This document shows positions 18,420 to 32,306 of a stretch of 64,000 nt of DNA, one piece after another. Position 1 is the first letter of the stretch; each line of letters starts with the position of its first letter. The notes beneath the pieces were generated by a model that ran no database searches, had not been told where the DNA came from, and worked only from the letters and a program-made list of their open reading frames with translations. Position numbers and translations under genes: made by a program. The stretch is from assembly GCA_963826865.1 (NCBI GenBank), contig CAWGYQ010000007.1:103725-167724 (forward strand), read 5' to 3'. Origin of the DNA: an uncultured Acidobacteriota bacterium. Its GTDB lineage: Bacteria > Acidobacteriota > Vicinamibacteria > Vicinamibacterales > CAVPJW01.

Positions 18420-19200
18420 GAGGCCCGGTTTTATTGATGATTCAGGCTCGTTCACGTTCGGCGGCGTGCCTTCCTGCGCAGGTGTGGCGCAATCCGTGAA
18501 ACCTAATCCGTCGCACACCTGATGTCTTAGATCAGCCGATCGAACTCCTGCTGCCCGATGTGGTTCGCTTGGAGCGGCTCGCCGAGCACGTCCCGGCTTC
18601 GCGTCAGCTCGCTGTGCTGCTTGGCGAACGATCAGCCCGTGATCGTGGTAGTGCTGCCGGTTCTTCATCTTCAGCGCGGCCTGTGCTGGCCTTGTGTGTC
18701 TTCAGGAGTTCGATCGTCTCCGCGGAGATTTCGATGGCCCGCGGCGTCTTGTTCTTCACCGGCCCCAAGGCGCTGACCCAGGCTTCACAGGTTGCCGCTG
18801 TGCGGTGAGACGCGCCGCCGGCATGTCCAGGTCGACCACTTCAGGCCGCACAGCTCGGCCTTCCGCATCCCGGTCTCGATGGCCAGCGTGTAGAACGCTG
18901 CCGGCTGCGGCCCGGCGGCTCTTGCGTCTCGAGGAACTTACGCGCTTCGTGCGCCTCCACACGTTCGCGAGCACGTCCGGATGACCTTGCGGGGCGTGCG
19001 GCTTGCCGGTCACGAGCTTCGCGACGTTTCGCTGTAGGAGTCCACCACGCACCGCCGCTTCAAGCCCGCCGGTGGACGATCTCGAGAAGTCGCCCGAGCC
19101 GATGTTCGCCTGGCATTGGTCTCGATCATGCGAACGACGAGCCTGCCGTGATGCAGTAGCCGGTATGACGCATTGGGCACCGAACGTTTCAGGTGATGGC
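18420..19200 (-). pseudogene. tyrosine recombinase / phage-type integrase remnant (multiple frameshifts, 3' truncated)
   Basis: Minus-strand fragments in three frames: LAIETGMRKAELCGLKWS (about 18810-18880), PVKNKTPRAIEISAETIELLKTHKA, LGEPLQANHIGQQEFDRLI, and VRRIRFHGLRHTCA (about 18478-18520, the HxLRHT box). No single long ORF, and the region that would carry the catalytic Tyr is missing. Confidence 0.7.
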
Positions 19201-19216
19201 GCACAATGTCGAGGGG

Positions 19217-19250
19217 AGAAAAAAATGGCGGGGCCATCGGGCCCCGCCAT
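19217..19250 (-). terminator. Rho-independent terminator after the PEP-CTERM gene
   Basis: Perfect 11-bp stem ATGGCGGGGCC/GGCCCCGCCAT (19225-19235 / 19240-19250) with loop ATCG. On the minus strand it is followed by TTTTTTT. Confidence 0.8.
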
Positions 19251-19304
19251 GTTCGAGACGATGTGACCGAGACGCGCGATGGTAACGCGCGCGCCGTCGG
19301 CAAA

Positions 19305-20005
19305 CTACGAGCGGTTCTTCAAACGCTTCCGCGCCTTCGAAGCCATCAGGAGCAGACCGCTGCCCAGCAGCGTGAGGCTAGCCGGCTCGGGCACGGTTGT
19401 CAGCTGCGGCGTGGGCAGGCCCGGCGTGTTGGTCCCAAACAGGGCAAAGTGGGAGAAGCTGCCGCCGGTCATCGACGCGACACCCGAGAGTCCGCCCGCC
19501 TGGAGGCTCAGCAGGAAGACGCCCCACTTGGGATCGGAGCCGTCCTTGATGCCCAGCGCGTATGCGAGAAAGTCGCCAGCCGCCGCGTCGTTGATCGCGA
19601 AGTTCGTGGACGTATTCGTCGAGTTCGAGAAGGTCAAGCCGTTGACTGCCGACCCCTGGTCCGTTGCTCCAGGTATCTGGTGGACCCGATGAAGCTCCAC
19701 GTCAGATTGAAGCGCTCTTCGTTCGGAAGCGATCAGCCTCTGTATCAAAGGAACTGATGAGTTGCCGAGGTCGTTGACGCCGTTTCCGTCCAGGAAGTCG
19801 TTGTTGTTAATGGCAAGGTTTCCATCGCCCCAAACGCAGTCGATCGGGCGGGTCGTCCCGGTGGTATTAACGTGTGTAGTTGTTGGACTGATCGCCCGTC
19901 AACGGATTCGGGGCAACTGAGCGCATCGGCCTCAGCGCGCGTCGAAACCATCGTGGCGAGCAGGAATACACCGGTTACGACGCCAAGAGATCTGGCAACA
20001 AACAT
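19305..20005 (-). pseudogene. PEP-CTERM sorting-domain protein, frame broken
   Basis: Signal peptide MFVARSLGVVTGVFLLATMVSTRAEA in one frame (ORF 19745..20005). The body NTTGTTRPIDCVWGDGNLAINNNDFLDGNGVNDLGN...FSNSTNTSTNFAINDAAAGDF... and the C-terminal VPEPASLTLLGSGLLLMASKARKRLKNRS (PEP-CTERM anchor) are in another frame. At least two one-base skips are needed (about 19925 and 19872). Confidence 0.7.
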
Positions 20006-20088
20006 ATGAAGCGCCCTTCTTCCTCAAGCGGACGGTGAACGAAACCAAATTCATCGGCGGTTTATGCAAATTTGCGACCACCAGCCTG

Positions 20089-20580
20089 TCATGGTTTAAT
20101 GACCATTTGTTTGTATAACTTACAAAGATGAGCCAGTGCTGAAAAGTCATCTTGGAGAGCGACTAAACTCATCCATATCATCCATGTGGACAACTTCTGC
20201 CTCTTCCCGCCGGCCGATCGGCGTGTGAGGTAACCAGCGATTCCAGCAGGTGGATGCGCGCCAGTTCCCTGAGCGTCAGGTCGACGACCGCCTCGGCCTC
20301 GGGGACGCTGTTCAGGCCAATTGCCGGCCATCGCTTGGGACTCGTGGCCCCGTCACACTGCCGCCCAGCGCGCCGCGGTCGGGTTGACCGTACACCTGCA
20401 CACGCGCCCGATCGTAGACCGCCACTTCCGCGCCCAGCTGCTCCGTGTGCGTGGTGGAGACTCGTGGATACCTCAGATCGCTCCTTGTCGTGCGGCCGAA
20501 GCACCAAGAATACATCCTGAACGAAATCCCGCTAATCGATGATGTCGCGACCCCTTCGATGAGCCCGATTTCGACCCGTT
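20089..20580 (-). pseudogene. degraded gene of unknown family
   Basis: Protein-like minus-strand stretches are split over two or three frames (RDFVQDVFLVLRPHDKE / LRYPRVSTTHTEQLGAEVAVYDRARVQVYGQPDRGALGG / PAIGLNSVPEAEAVVDLTLRELARIHLLESLVT) and end in an AT-rich tail. No intact ORF. Confidence 0.3.
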
Positions 20581-20604
20581 AGCGTGTCTGTCCGCTTCAC
20601 GCCC

Positions 20605-20640
20605 GAAAAGAAAAAAGGCCCGGAAGTCCGGGCCTTTTGG
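20605..20640 (-). terminator. Rho-independent terminator after the radical SAM gene
   Basis: Stem GGCCCGG/CCGGGCC (20617-20623 / 20628-20634), loop AAGT. Flanked by an A-run on one side and a T-run on the other. On the minus strand it is followed by TTTTTTCTTTT. Confidence 0.8.
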
Positions 20641-20651
20641 TCGGCTGGCAC

Positions 20652-20668
20652 CGAATGCGGCATTCGAT
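20652..20668. repeat. palindrome CGAATGC-G-GCATTCGAT (copy 2)
   Basis: Same arms as 18367-18385 with a complementary central base. It lies between the radical SAM stop (20692) and its terminator. Confidence 0.7.
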
Positions 20669-20691
20669 CAGCCGCTGGACGGTGTCGATGA

Positions 20692-22806
<2,115 letters not shown>

Positions 22807-22929
22807 AAAGGCTTGGTTTCTCCTCTGGCGCGGAGACGGACCGGACACCATTCGTCCCGTCGGGACACCACTGCCTCCCGAGGCCGCCCCGGCCACCCGG
22901 CATAGTAGGACGAGACGGCGCCCCCGAGA

Positions 22930-22956
22930 TGGCGTTTCCAGCCGATTGGCGTTTCC
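22930..22956. repeat. direct repeat TGGCGTTTCC x2 in divergent intergenic region
   Basis: TGGCGTTTCC at 22930-22939 and 22947-22956 (17-nt period), between the radical SAM gene and the flavoprotein gene. Candidate regulator binding site. Confidence 0.35.
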
Positions 22957-23026
22957 GGCGGGTCAGTGGGCAGAAGGGCGGTCCCCCGGACGGCCGGGCG
23001 GTCGCGTCTATGGCAATATCCCTCCC

Positions 23027-24036
23027 ATGAACATTCGTGATCTGGTCATCGTGGGAGGGGGGCCAGCCGGTCTGGCGGCGGCGATTGCGGCGAAGGGCGC
23101 CGGGCTCGACTACGTCGTGCTCGAAAAGGGTGTGCTGGTCAACTCGATCTACCGGTTTCCGCCGAACATGGTGTTCTTCACGACACCGGAATTGCTCGAG
23201 ATTGGCGGACTTCCGCTCGTGTCGCCCTTCGAGAAGCCGACACGGCTCGAAGCGCTCCGCTACTACCGCCGCGTCGTCGAGACTTACGCGATCGCGATCG
23301 AATACCAGCAAGAGGTACTTGCCGTTCGCCGCCAGCCACTCGGCGCCGACGACGGGTTCGTGCTCGATACCAGAGACGGGCGGGGCATGGCTGGCACCAT
23401 TCGTGCGCCACTCGGTAATTCTGGCCATTGGCTATTACGATCATCCGAATCTGCTGAGTATTCCCGGCGAGCAGCAGCCACACGTTTCGCACTATTACAC
23501 CGAGGCGCATGCGTACATCGGCCGCCGCGTCGTCGTGGTCGGTGGCGGCAATTCAGCGGCGGAAGCTGCTCTCGATCTCTATCGAGGCGGTGCAGTCGTC
23601 ACGCTCGTGCACTATCGGGACAGCTTCAAGCCGACCATCAAGTATTGGGTGAAACCGGATATCGAGAACCGCGTGAAGGAAGGCTCGATCGTCGGGCGGT
23701 TCAACACCCGCCTCCTCGAGATCCGGCGCGACGTCGGTCGTCATCGAAACGGGCCAGCGCGTCGACGAGCTGCCGGCGGACGCCGTGTTTCTGCTGACGG
23801 GCTACCATCCCGACTTCGATCTGTTCAGCCGGGCGGGTGTGGAGGTGGACAGCGTGACGGGCGTCGCCCGCTACGATCCTGAGACGCTCGAGACCAACGT
23901 GCCGGGGCTCTTCATCGCAGGCGGCGCGATCTCGGGGAAGGACACGGCGCCCATCTTCATCGAGAACGGGCGCTTCCATGGCGATCAGATCGTCAAGGTG
24001 CTCGTCGATCGGCAGCGCGCGATTCGGGCTCAATGA
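23027..24036 (+). pseudogene. YpdA-like FAD-dependent pyridine nucleotide-disulfide oxidoreductase, frame broken twice
   Basis: MNIRDLVIVGGGPAGLAAAIAA... in the frame of ORF 22523... Then FVRHSVILAIGYYDHPNLLSIPGE...VVVVGGGNSAAEAALDL in the frame of ORF 23037... Then VVIETGQRVDELPADAVFLLTGYHPD...GLFIAGGAISG in the frame of ORF 23785..24036. Switches are near 23399 and 23731. Confidence 0.8.
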
Positions 24037-24663
24037 GTCGCGGCGCGGCCGTACGGTGTCCGCGCCGTGATCAGTTTCATCTCGACGAGTTCGATGAGCG
24101 AGCGACAGCGCGCAAGCGCCCCAGCCTGCTCGAGCAGCGCGAGCTTCTCGAGCGGCTCGAGATCGAGGGTACTGCGCAAGGGCATTGATCAGCTCTTCGT
24201 CGGTCACGGCGTCCGAGAGCCTGGGCTCCGGGGCGAGGTGTTCGCCTGCCATGCGGATCAGGCGGTCGAGCTTCCGGCGCTCGCGTTCGAGAGCGGCCGC
24301 ATCGTGGCCGCCCACCTCGTCGGAGAGCACGTCGACGTGAGCCAACCGATAGGGCCGGGTGTGCTCCTCACCCACGACCCGAAACCTCTGAAGGCCTCGC
24401 AGGATGATGTTGTAGCGGTCCTCGGGCAGCCGCTCCGCGTGCGTGATGAGGCCTGCGCACCCGATGGGAAACACCGGCGGCCGTCCGGCGTAGTCATCCA
24501 TCCCTTCGGGTTTCAGCAGCACCATGCCAATCACCCGGTCGCCGCTCAGCGCATCACGCACCATCGCACGATATCGCGGCTCGAAAATGTGCAACGGAAG
24601 GAAGACACCCGGAAAGAGCACGACGTTGGGCAACGGAAAGATGGGAATGGGGGAAGACAGCAT
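24030..24663 (-). pseudogene. LON N-terminal (substrate-binding) domain protein, frame broken once
   Basis: MLSSPIPIFPLPNVVLFPGVFLPLHIFEPRYRAMV... up to INALAQY. It continues LDLEPLEKLALLEQAGALARCRSLIELVEMKLITARTPYGRAATH only after skipping one base in a G3 run (24167-24169). Stop at 24030-24032. Confidence 0.8.
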
Positions 24664-24668
24664 CGGAA

Positions 24669-25943
24669 TCAGTGCACCGTTCTGGTCTTTTTCGTCATGT
24701 AGTCCATCAGCACGTACTGGCCCAGCGTGTACCGGGTCGTGAAGTACGCTTTGCCGCGGCAGATCTCGGCGACTCGACGGACGAAGCTGACCAGATCGTG
24801 ATCGCGCGCGAGCATGAAGGTGTTGATCATGATCCCGCTCTGCCGGCACGCCCCGACCTCGGCGATCGTTTCCGCGACGATGAAGGGATCGAGGCCGAAG
24901 GCGTTCTTGTAGATGCGCCCGTCGGGCTGCGTCAGTGCGGACGGCTTTCCGTCGGTGATCATGATGATCTGTCGCATGTCCTTCCGCTGGCGTTCGAGGA
25001 TGCGGCGGGCGAGGCGCAGCCCTTCGCGGGTGTTCGTGTAGTAGGGCCCGACGCGCACCCGCCCCAGCTGCTGCAGCGGGACCTCCTCGGCAGAGTCGTG
25101 GAACAGCACGAGCTTGAGCACGTCGCCGGGGTACTGCAAGCGGATCAGATTCGACAGCGCGAGGGCCACTCGCTTCGCCGGGGTGAACCGATCCTCGCCG
25201 TACAGGATCATGCTGTGGCTGCAATCGAGCATGAGGACGGTCGCGCAGGAGCTCTGATACTCGCCCTGAGCCACCATGAGATCTTCGTAGCGCACGTCGA
25301 TGCCGCCCTCGGGGGTGGCTCGAGCTGGCCGCAGCGCGGCGCACGGCGTTCAGAATCGTGCTGCTGGCGTCCAGATTGAGCGTATCGCCGAACGCATACG
25401 GCTTCGGCGCCGCGGTGGCCTCAATGCCGGTGGACGGTTCGCGCGTATCGTGACGGCCGAAGCTGCTGCGGCCGAGCCGATCCCAGCAGATCTCTCAGGG
25501 CCCGGTAGCCCAGAAAATCGAGACTCTTGTCGGTCACCTCGAACTTCACCGGCGGACTCGGCTCCCCGGTGTCGGCGCCCGTGCCCTGCCGGTGCCGTCG
25601 TTCGGCGTCCAGGTCGGGTGCGGTCGTGATGAATCCCTGTTCCTCGAGCCGACGGATGATCTCGTCGATCAGCTCGTCAAGGGTCGACCGCGACGATGAT
25701 TGATCCCCGTCGGCCGGGTCGCCCATCAGCTGATTGAGCATCTCCTCGGAGAGCAGCCCGCCGGAGAACAGGGCTTCGAGGATGGCCTCGCGCAGCGCAT
25801 CCATCGTCCGATCGTCTTCGCCGTCGCCGTACGGATTCTGGAAGCCGCTCGAGAGGAGCAGATCGGACAGACGGCGAGATGAGCTCGTCGAGATCGAGCG
25901 TCTCGAGATCCTCGCCGGCAAACCGGGTGTAGCGGTAACGCAT
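24669..25943 (-). pseudogene. von Willebrand factor A (VWA) domain protein, frame broken three times
   Basis: MRYRYTRFAGEDLETLDLDELI, then RLSDLLLSSGFQNPYGDGEDD...FLGYRALRDLLGS, then [45 protein letters not shown], then [13 protein letters not shown]...[10 protein letters not shown]...[11 protein letters not shown]. Switches are near 25875, near 25475, and in the G5 run 25321-25325. Confidence 0.8.
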
Positions 25944-25959
25944 CGGCGCGAACGCCAGC

Positions 25960-27494
25960 TCAGTTGTAGTACCTTCTTCCGGCCCGGGAGCGGCAGGCCG
26001 TCGTCCAGCGACACCGGCTCGGTCCGCGGCTCGCGGCGGCGCGCCTGTTCGGCGGCCTGATAGCCACGCTCGTCGCTGCGGCCGATTTTCTTCAGCGAGT
26101 AGAGTCCCTCGAGCACGAAATCGACGGCGGACGCCAGCTTCGGCGCCGACGGGTTCGGTCCGAGGCCGGCCTGGCGTGGCCAGCTCGACCAGGCCCTGCA
26201 CAGCACCCGCCTTTTCGAGCACGTCGCTCGCCGACGTCACGTCGTCCGAAATCAACGAGCCGCCAAGCTCGAACCACTCGACCACAGGGCGCGTGTCGAG
26301 GTGTCCGAAGCGCTCCGTGAACACGTTGCCGACCGCTGCCCGAATCAGCTCGCGGGCGAGCGCGTCGGCTCCCCGCAGCTCGCCCTCGTACTCGAGCTCG
26401 AACTTGCCGGTGATCGACGGCAGCGCCGCGTACACATCGGTGACACGGGGAACAATCGGCGTCTCATTCCCGAGCAGCGCCCGTCGTTCCGCGTTCGACA
26501 CGACGTTTTCGAGGCACGTGATCGGCAGCCGCTGGCTCACACCCGACCGTTTGTCGATCCGTCGATCGGCGCGCGCCTGGAAGGCGATCTCTTCCACGAT
26601 GTCCTGCACGAAGTCCGGTACGTCGATCGGGCAGTCGACGTCGATGATCCAGGCTTCCTGCGCCGTGATGGCGAGCGCGCTGCTCGCGTGTCGCCGGATA
26701 GTGCGTGCGGATCTCCGACCCGATCCGATCCTTGAGGGGCGTGATGATCTTGCCGCGGGCGGTATAGTCCTCGGGATTGGCCGTGAAGACGAGCAGCAGA
26801 TCGAGCGGCAGCCGGACCGGGTAGCCCTTAATCTGGACGTCGCCTTCCTGCAGGATGTTGAACAGGCCCACCTGAATCTTGCCGGCCAGATCCGGCAGCT
26901 CGTTGATGGCGAAGATGCCGCGGTTGGCCCGAGGCAGCAGCCCGTAGTGCATCGTGAGCTCGTCCGAGAGCTGAAAGCCACCACGTGCGGCCTTGATCGG
27001 ATCGATGTCGCCCACCATGTCGGCGATCGTCACGTCGGGCGTCGCCAGCTTCTCGACGTAGCGTGAGGTCGCGGGGCAGCCAGCCGATGGGCGTCCTGTC
27101 CCCCTCGTCCGCGATGCGCGTCCGGCAGGCGCCGCAGATCGGCGCCAGCGGGTCATCGTTGATTTCGCAGCCGGCGACGACGGGCACGAGCTCGTCGAGG
27201 AGCTCGGCGAGCCCGCGCATGATGCGGCTCTTCGCCTGGCCCCGCAGACCGAGCAGGATGAAGTTGTGATGCGAGAGAATGGCGTTCTGACATCTGCGGC
27301 ACGACGGTCTCGTCGTAGCCGATGATGCCGGGGAAGACGGCCGCACCCGAACGGAGTCGCAGGATGAGGTTGTGTCGAATCTCGTCCTTGACCGACCGGT
27401 GGCGCCGGATGGGGCTCGTGGGGTCGTCCAGCGCGTGCCGCAGGTCGCCGAGCGTCGTGATCGTGGCGTCGTGAACGCGCCCGGTGGTGTGCAT
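25960..27494 (-). pseudogene. AAA+ ATPase (ChlI/MoxR-like, often annotated sigma54-interaction-domain protein), frame broken five times
   Basis: [18 protein letters not shown]...[12 protein letters not shown], then [23 protein letters not shown] (Walker A-like), then [26 protein letters not shown]...[11 protein letters not shown]...[13 protein letters not shown]...IRTHYP, then AITAQEAWI...KRSGVSQRL..., then AGLGPNPSAPKLASAVDFVLEGL... Switches are near 27290, 27064, 26678, 26176 and 25972. The proposed stop TGA at 25960-25962 lies 16 nt before the VWA ATG. Confidence 0.75.
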
Positions 27495-27584
27495 TCTGCG
27501 ATTCTATCACGCAGGTTTGAGCGCTTCGGTTCGCTGAGCCCATCGCCGTCCGGTGGCGATGCTTGTGGCACACTACGCGCTTCG

Positions 27585-28391
27585 ATGCCCCATCCTGCGG
27601 TCTCATCCAATCGGCCGCTCGTCTTCGCGCACCGCGGCGGGGCAGCGCTTGCTCCCGAAAACACGATCGCGGCCTTCGATCGAGCGCTCGCCTGCGGGGC
27701 CGACGGTCTGGAACTCGACGTTCGGCTATCGCGTGACGGGATCGTGGTCGTTCTGCACGATGCCCGGCTCGACAGAACCACGGATGCCACCGGTCCTGTT
27801 GCGACGTGGACGGCCAGTGAGCTTGGGCGCGTGGATGCGGGGGCTCGCTTCGGGTTGGCCATCGGCGCACCGCATCGCGGCAGGGGCATTGGCGTGCCGA
27901 CCCTGGCGGAGGTACTGGCCCGCTACCCGGCGGCGCGTTTGATTGTCGAGCTCAAGGAGAACACGGATCGGTTGGCACGCGCCGTCGTGAGCGACGTGAT
28001 ACAGGCTGGCGCGGACGATCGCGTGTGTCTGGGGTCGTTCGGCCAGAGAGCGCTCCAAGCCATCCGGCGCCTGGCCCCGACGCTCGCCACGGGCGCGAGC
28101 CGGACCGAAGTGCGGGTGGCGTACTACCGATCGCGTCTGGGCTGGCCGGTGTCCCGCCCGGCCTATCAGGCGTTCCAGGTTCCGGAACGATCGGGGCGGA
28201 CGCTCATCGTGACGCCGCGATTTCTGGCCGCCGCCCGGCGGGCCGATGTCGTCGTGCAGGTCTGGACGGTTGATGATCCCGCTGACATGCGGCGGCTTCT
28301 CGCGTCAGGTGTCGCCGCCATCATTACAGACCGGCCCGACGTCGCGGTGACGACCGTGCGGGGGGCGATCGAGGAGAATGCACGGTTATGA
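27585..28391 (+). CDS. glycerophosphodiester phosphodiesterase
   Basis: ATG 27585 within ORF 27372..28391. [36 protein letters not shown], and C-terminal VQVWTVDD...AIITDRPD. Confidence 0.85.
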   Translation: MPHPAVSSNRPLVFAHRGGAALAPENTIAAFDRALACGADGLELDVRLSRDGIVVVLHDARLDRTTDATGPVATWTASELGRVDAGARFGLAIGAPHRGRGIGVPTLAEVLARYPAARLIVELKENTDRLARAVVSDVIQAGADDRVCLGSFGQRALQAIRRLAPTLATGASRTEVRVAYYRSRLGWPVSRPAYQAFQVPERSGRTLIVTPRFLAAARRADVVVQVWTVDDPADMRRLLASGVAAIITDRPDVAVTTVRGAIEENARL

Positions 28392-29365
28392 CAGCCGTCA
28401 CCAGTCTGGCTGCGCCCGGCCTGCTCGATATCTACGCGGCTCGCCGCCGCATCTCACGTGTGCTCTCCCCGACGCCCTTGATGCGCTATCCGGTGCTCGA
28501 TGCGGAACTCGGGTGCGAGGTGGCCGTCAAGCACGAGAACCACAATCCAACGGGTGCATTCAAAGTGCGTGGCGGGCTCAATCTGATTGGGAGTCTCGGC
28601 ACCGAGGATCGCCGCCGAGGTGTCATCAGCGCCAGCACGGGCAATCACGGCCAGTCGCTGGCGTTTGCCAGTCAACGCGAGGGCGTGTCGTGCACGATTG
28701 TCGTGCCGCGCGGCAACAATCCCGAGAAGAACGCCAACATGCGCGCTCTCGGCGCGAGAGTCGTGGAGCACGGGCGGGACTTCGACGAGGCGCGCGAATA
28801 TGTCGAGAAAGTGAGCCTCGACGAAGGGCTTCGCTACGTCCACTCCGCCAACGAGCCGTTGCTCATCGCCGGCGTCGGCACCTATGCGCTCGAGGTCTTC
28901 GAAGCCATGCCCGACGTTGACGTGGTCTTCGTCCCGATCGGCGGCGGAAGCGGCGCGTGCGGGCTGGTGACGGTGCGGAGCGGCATCGGTGCCCGCGCGC
29001 GGGTGATCGGGGTGCAGGCCGAGCGCGCCGACGCGTTTGCGCGGTCGTGGCGCGGCACGGCGCGTGTGGTGGGAGAGCGTGCCGACACCTTCGCCGAGGG
29101 GATGGCCACCCGGGTCACGTTCGACCTGACGTTCGGCATCCTTCGTCAGGCGCTCGACGACATCGTGCTGTTGAGCGAGGATGAGATCGCGGAGGGTGTC
29201 AGGCTCGCGCTCCGCACCACGCACAATCTGGCCGAGGGCGCGGGCGCCGCACCACTCATGGCCGCTTGGAAAAGCAGAGACAGCCTGCGGGGCAAGAAAG
29301 TGGTGTGTATCATGAGCGGCGGCAATATCGACGCCGCCACGCTCGGTCGGGTACTCGGGAATTGA
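28388..29365 (+). CDS. threonine/serine dehydratase (PLP-dependent, short form without regulatory domain)
   Basis: 325 aa. NPTGAFKVRG (PLP lysine), SASTGNHGQSLAF, PIGGGSGACG. ATGA overlap with the upstream gene. Confidence 0.85.
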   Translation: MTAVTSLAAPGLLDIYAARRRISRVLSPTPLMRYPVLDAELGCEVAVKHENHNPTGAFKVRGGLNLIGSLGTEDRRRGVISASTGNHGQSLAFASQREGVSCTIVVPRGNNPEKNANMRALGARVVEHGRDFDEAREYVEKVSLDEGLRYVHSANEPLLIAGVGTYALEVFEAMPDVDVVFVPIGGGSGACGLVTVRSGIGARARVIGVQAERADAFARSWRGTARVVGERADTFAEGMATRVTFDLTFGILRQALDDIVLLSEDEIAEGVRLALRTTHNLAEGAGAAPLMAAWKSRDSLRGKKVVCIMSGGNIDAATLGRVLGN

Positions 29366-29582
29366 CGCGCGACGGTCGCCGAGCGACCGCCTGGCCTCGG
29401 CGGCTTCAGCCGGGCCGCCTCGCGGTCTACAATAGGGAGAACCGCTCGCTCAGCTGCTACGCTCTCCCGCCGATGACGCGCTACAGTTGTCACGCGGGTG
29501 CACCGAGAAGCCGGTCGGCATCGGTCTGGGACCCTGGGCGCGAAGACCGACGCGCTCCGTACGTGAAGGACGTTGGCAGGCC

Positions 29583-32261
<2,679 letters not shown>

Positions 32262-32306
32262 GCCACCGCGGCATCGCCGCGCGTCCGGTCGAGAGGGTCG
32301 CCACAC

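Larger units (their letters stand above)
18367..20668. mobile_element. decayed integrative element remnant (integrase pseudogene + cargo) bounded by a repeated palindrome
   Basis: An integrase remnant abuts copy 1 of the palindrome. All three genes inside are frame-broken. There is a local AT-rich stretch (about 20000-20200), and copy 2 of the palindrome sits at the far end. Confidence 0.4.

Noticed and set aside
19206-19757. Plus-strand ORFs (183 and 137 aa) in the island.
   Set aside because: They are antisense to the PEP-CTERM gene, whose signal peptide and sorting signal are clear. Their translations are Arg-rich shadows.
23701-25344. 547-aa minus-strand ORF spanning the YpdA-like 3' end, the LonN gene and part of the VWA gene.
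   Set aside because: It is a chimeric read-through. Only its middle part (MLSSPIPIFPLPN...) is genuine LonN coding sequence. The rest is off-frame reading of neighbouring genes, created by the frame changes.
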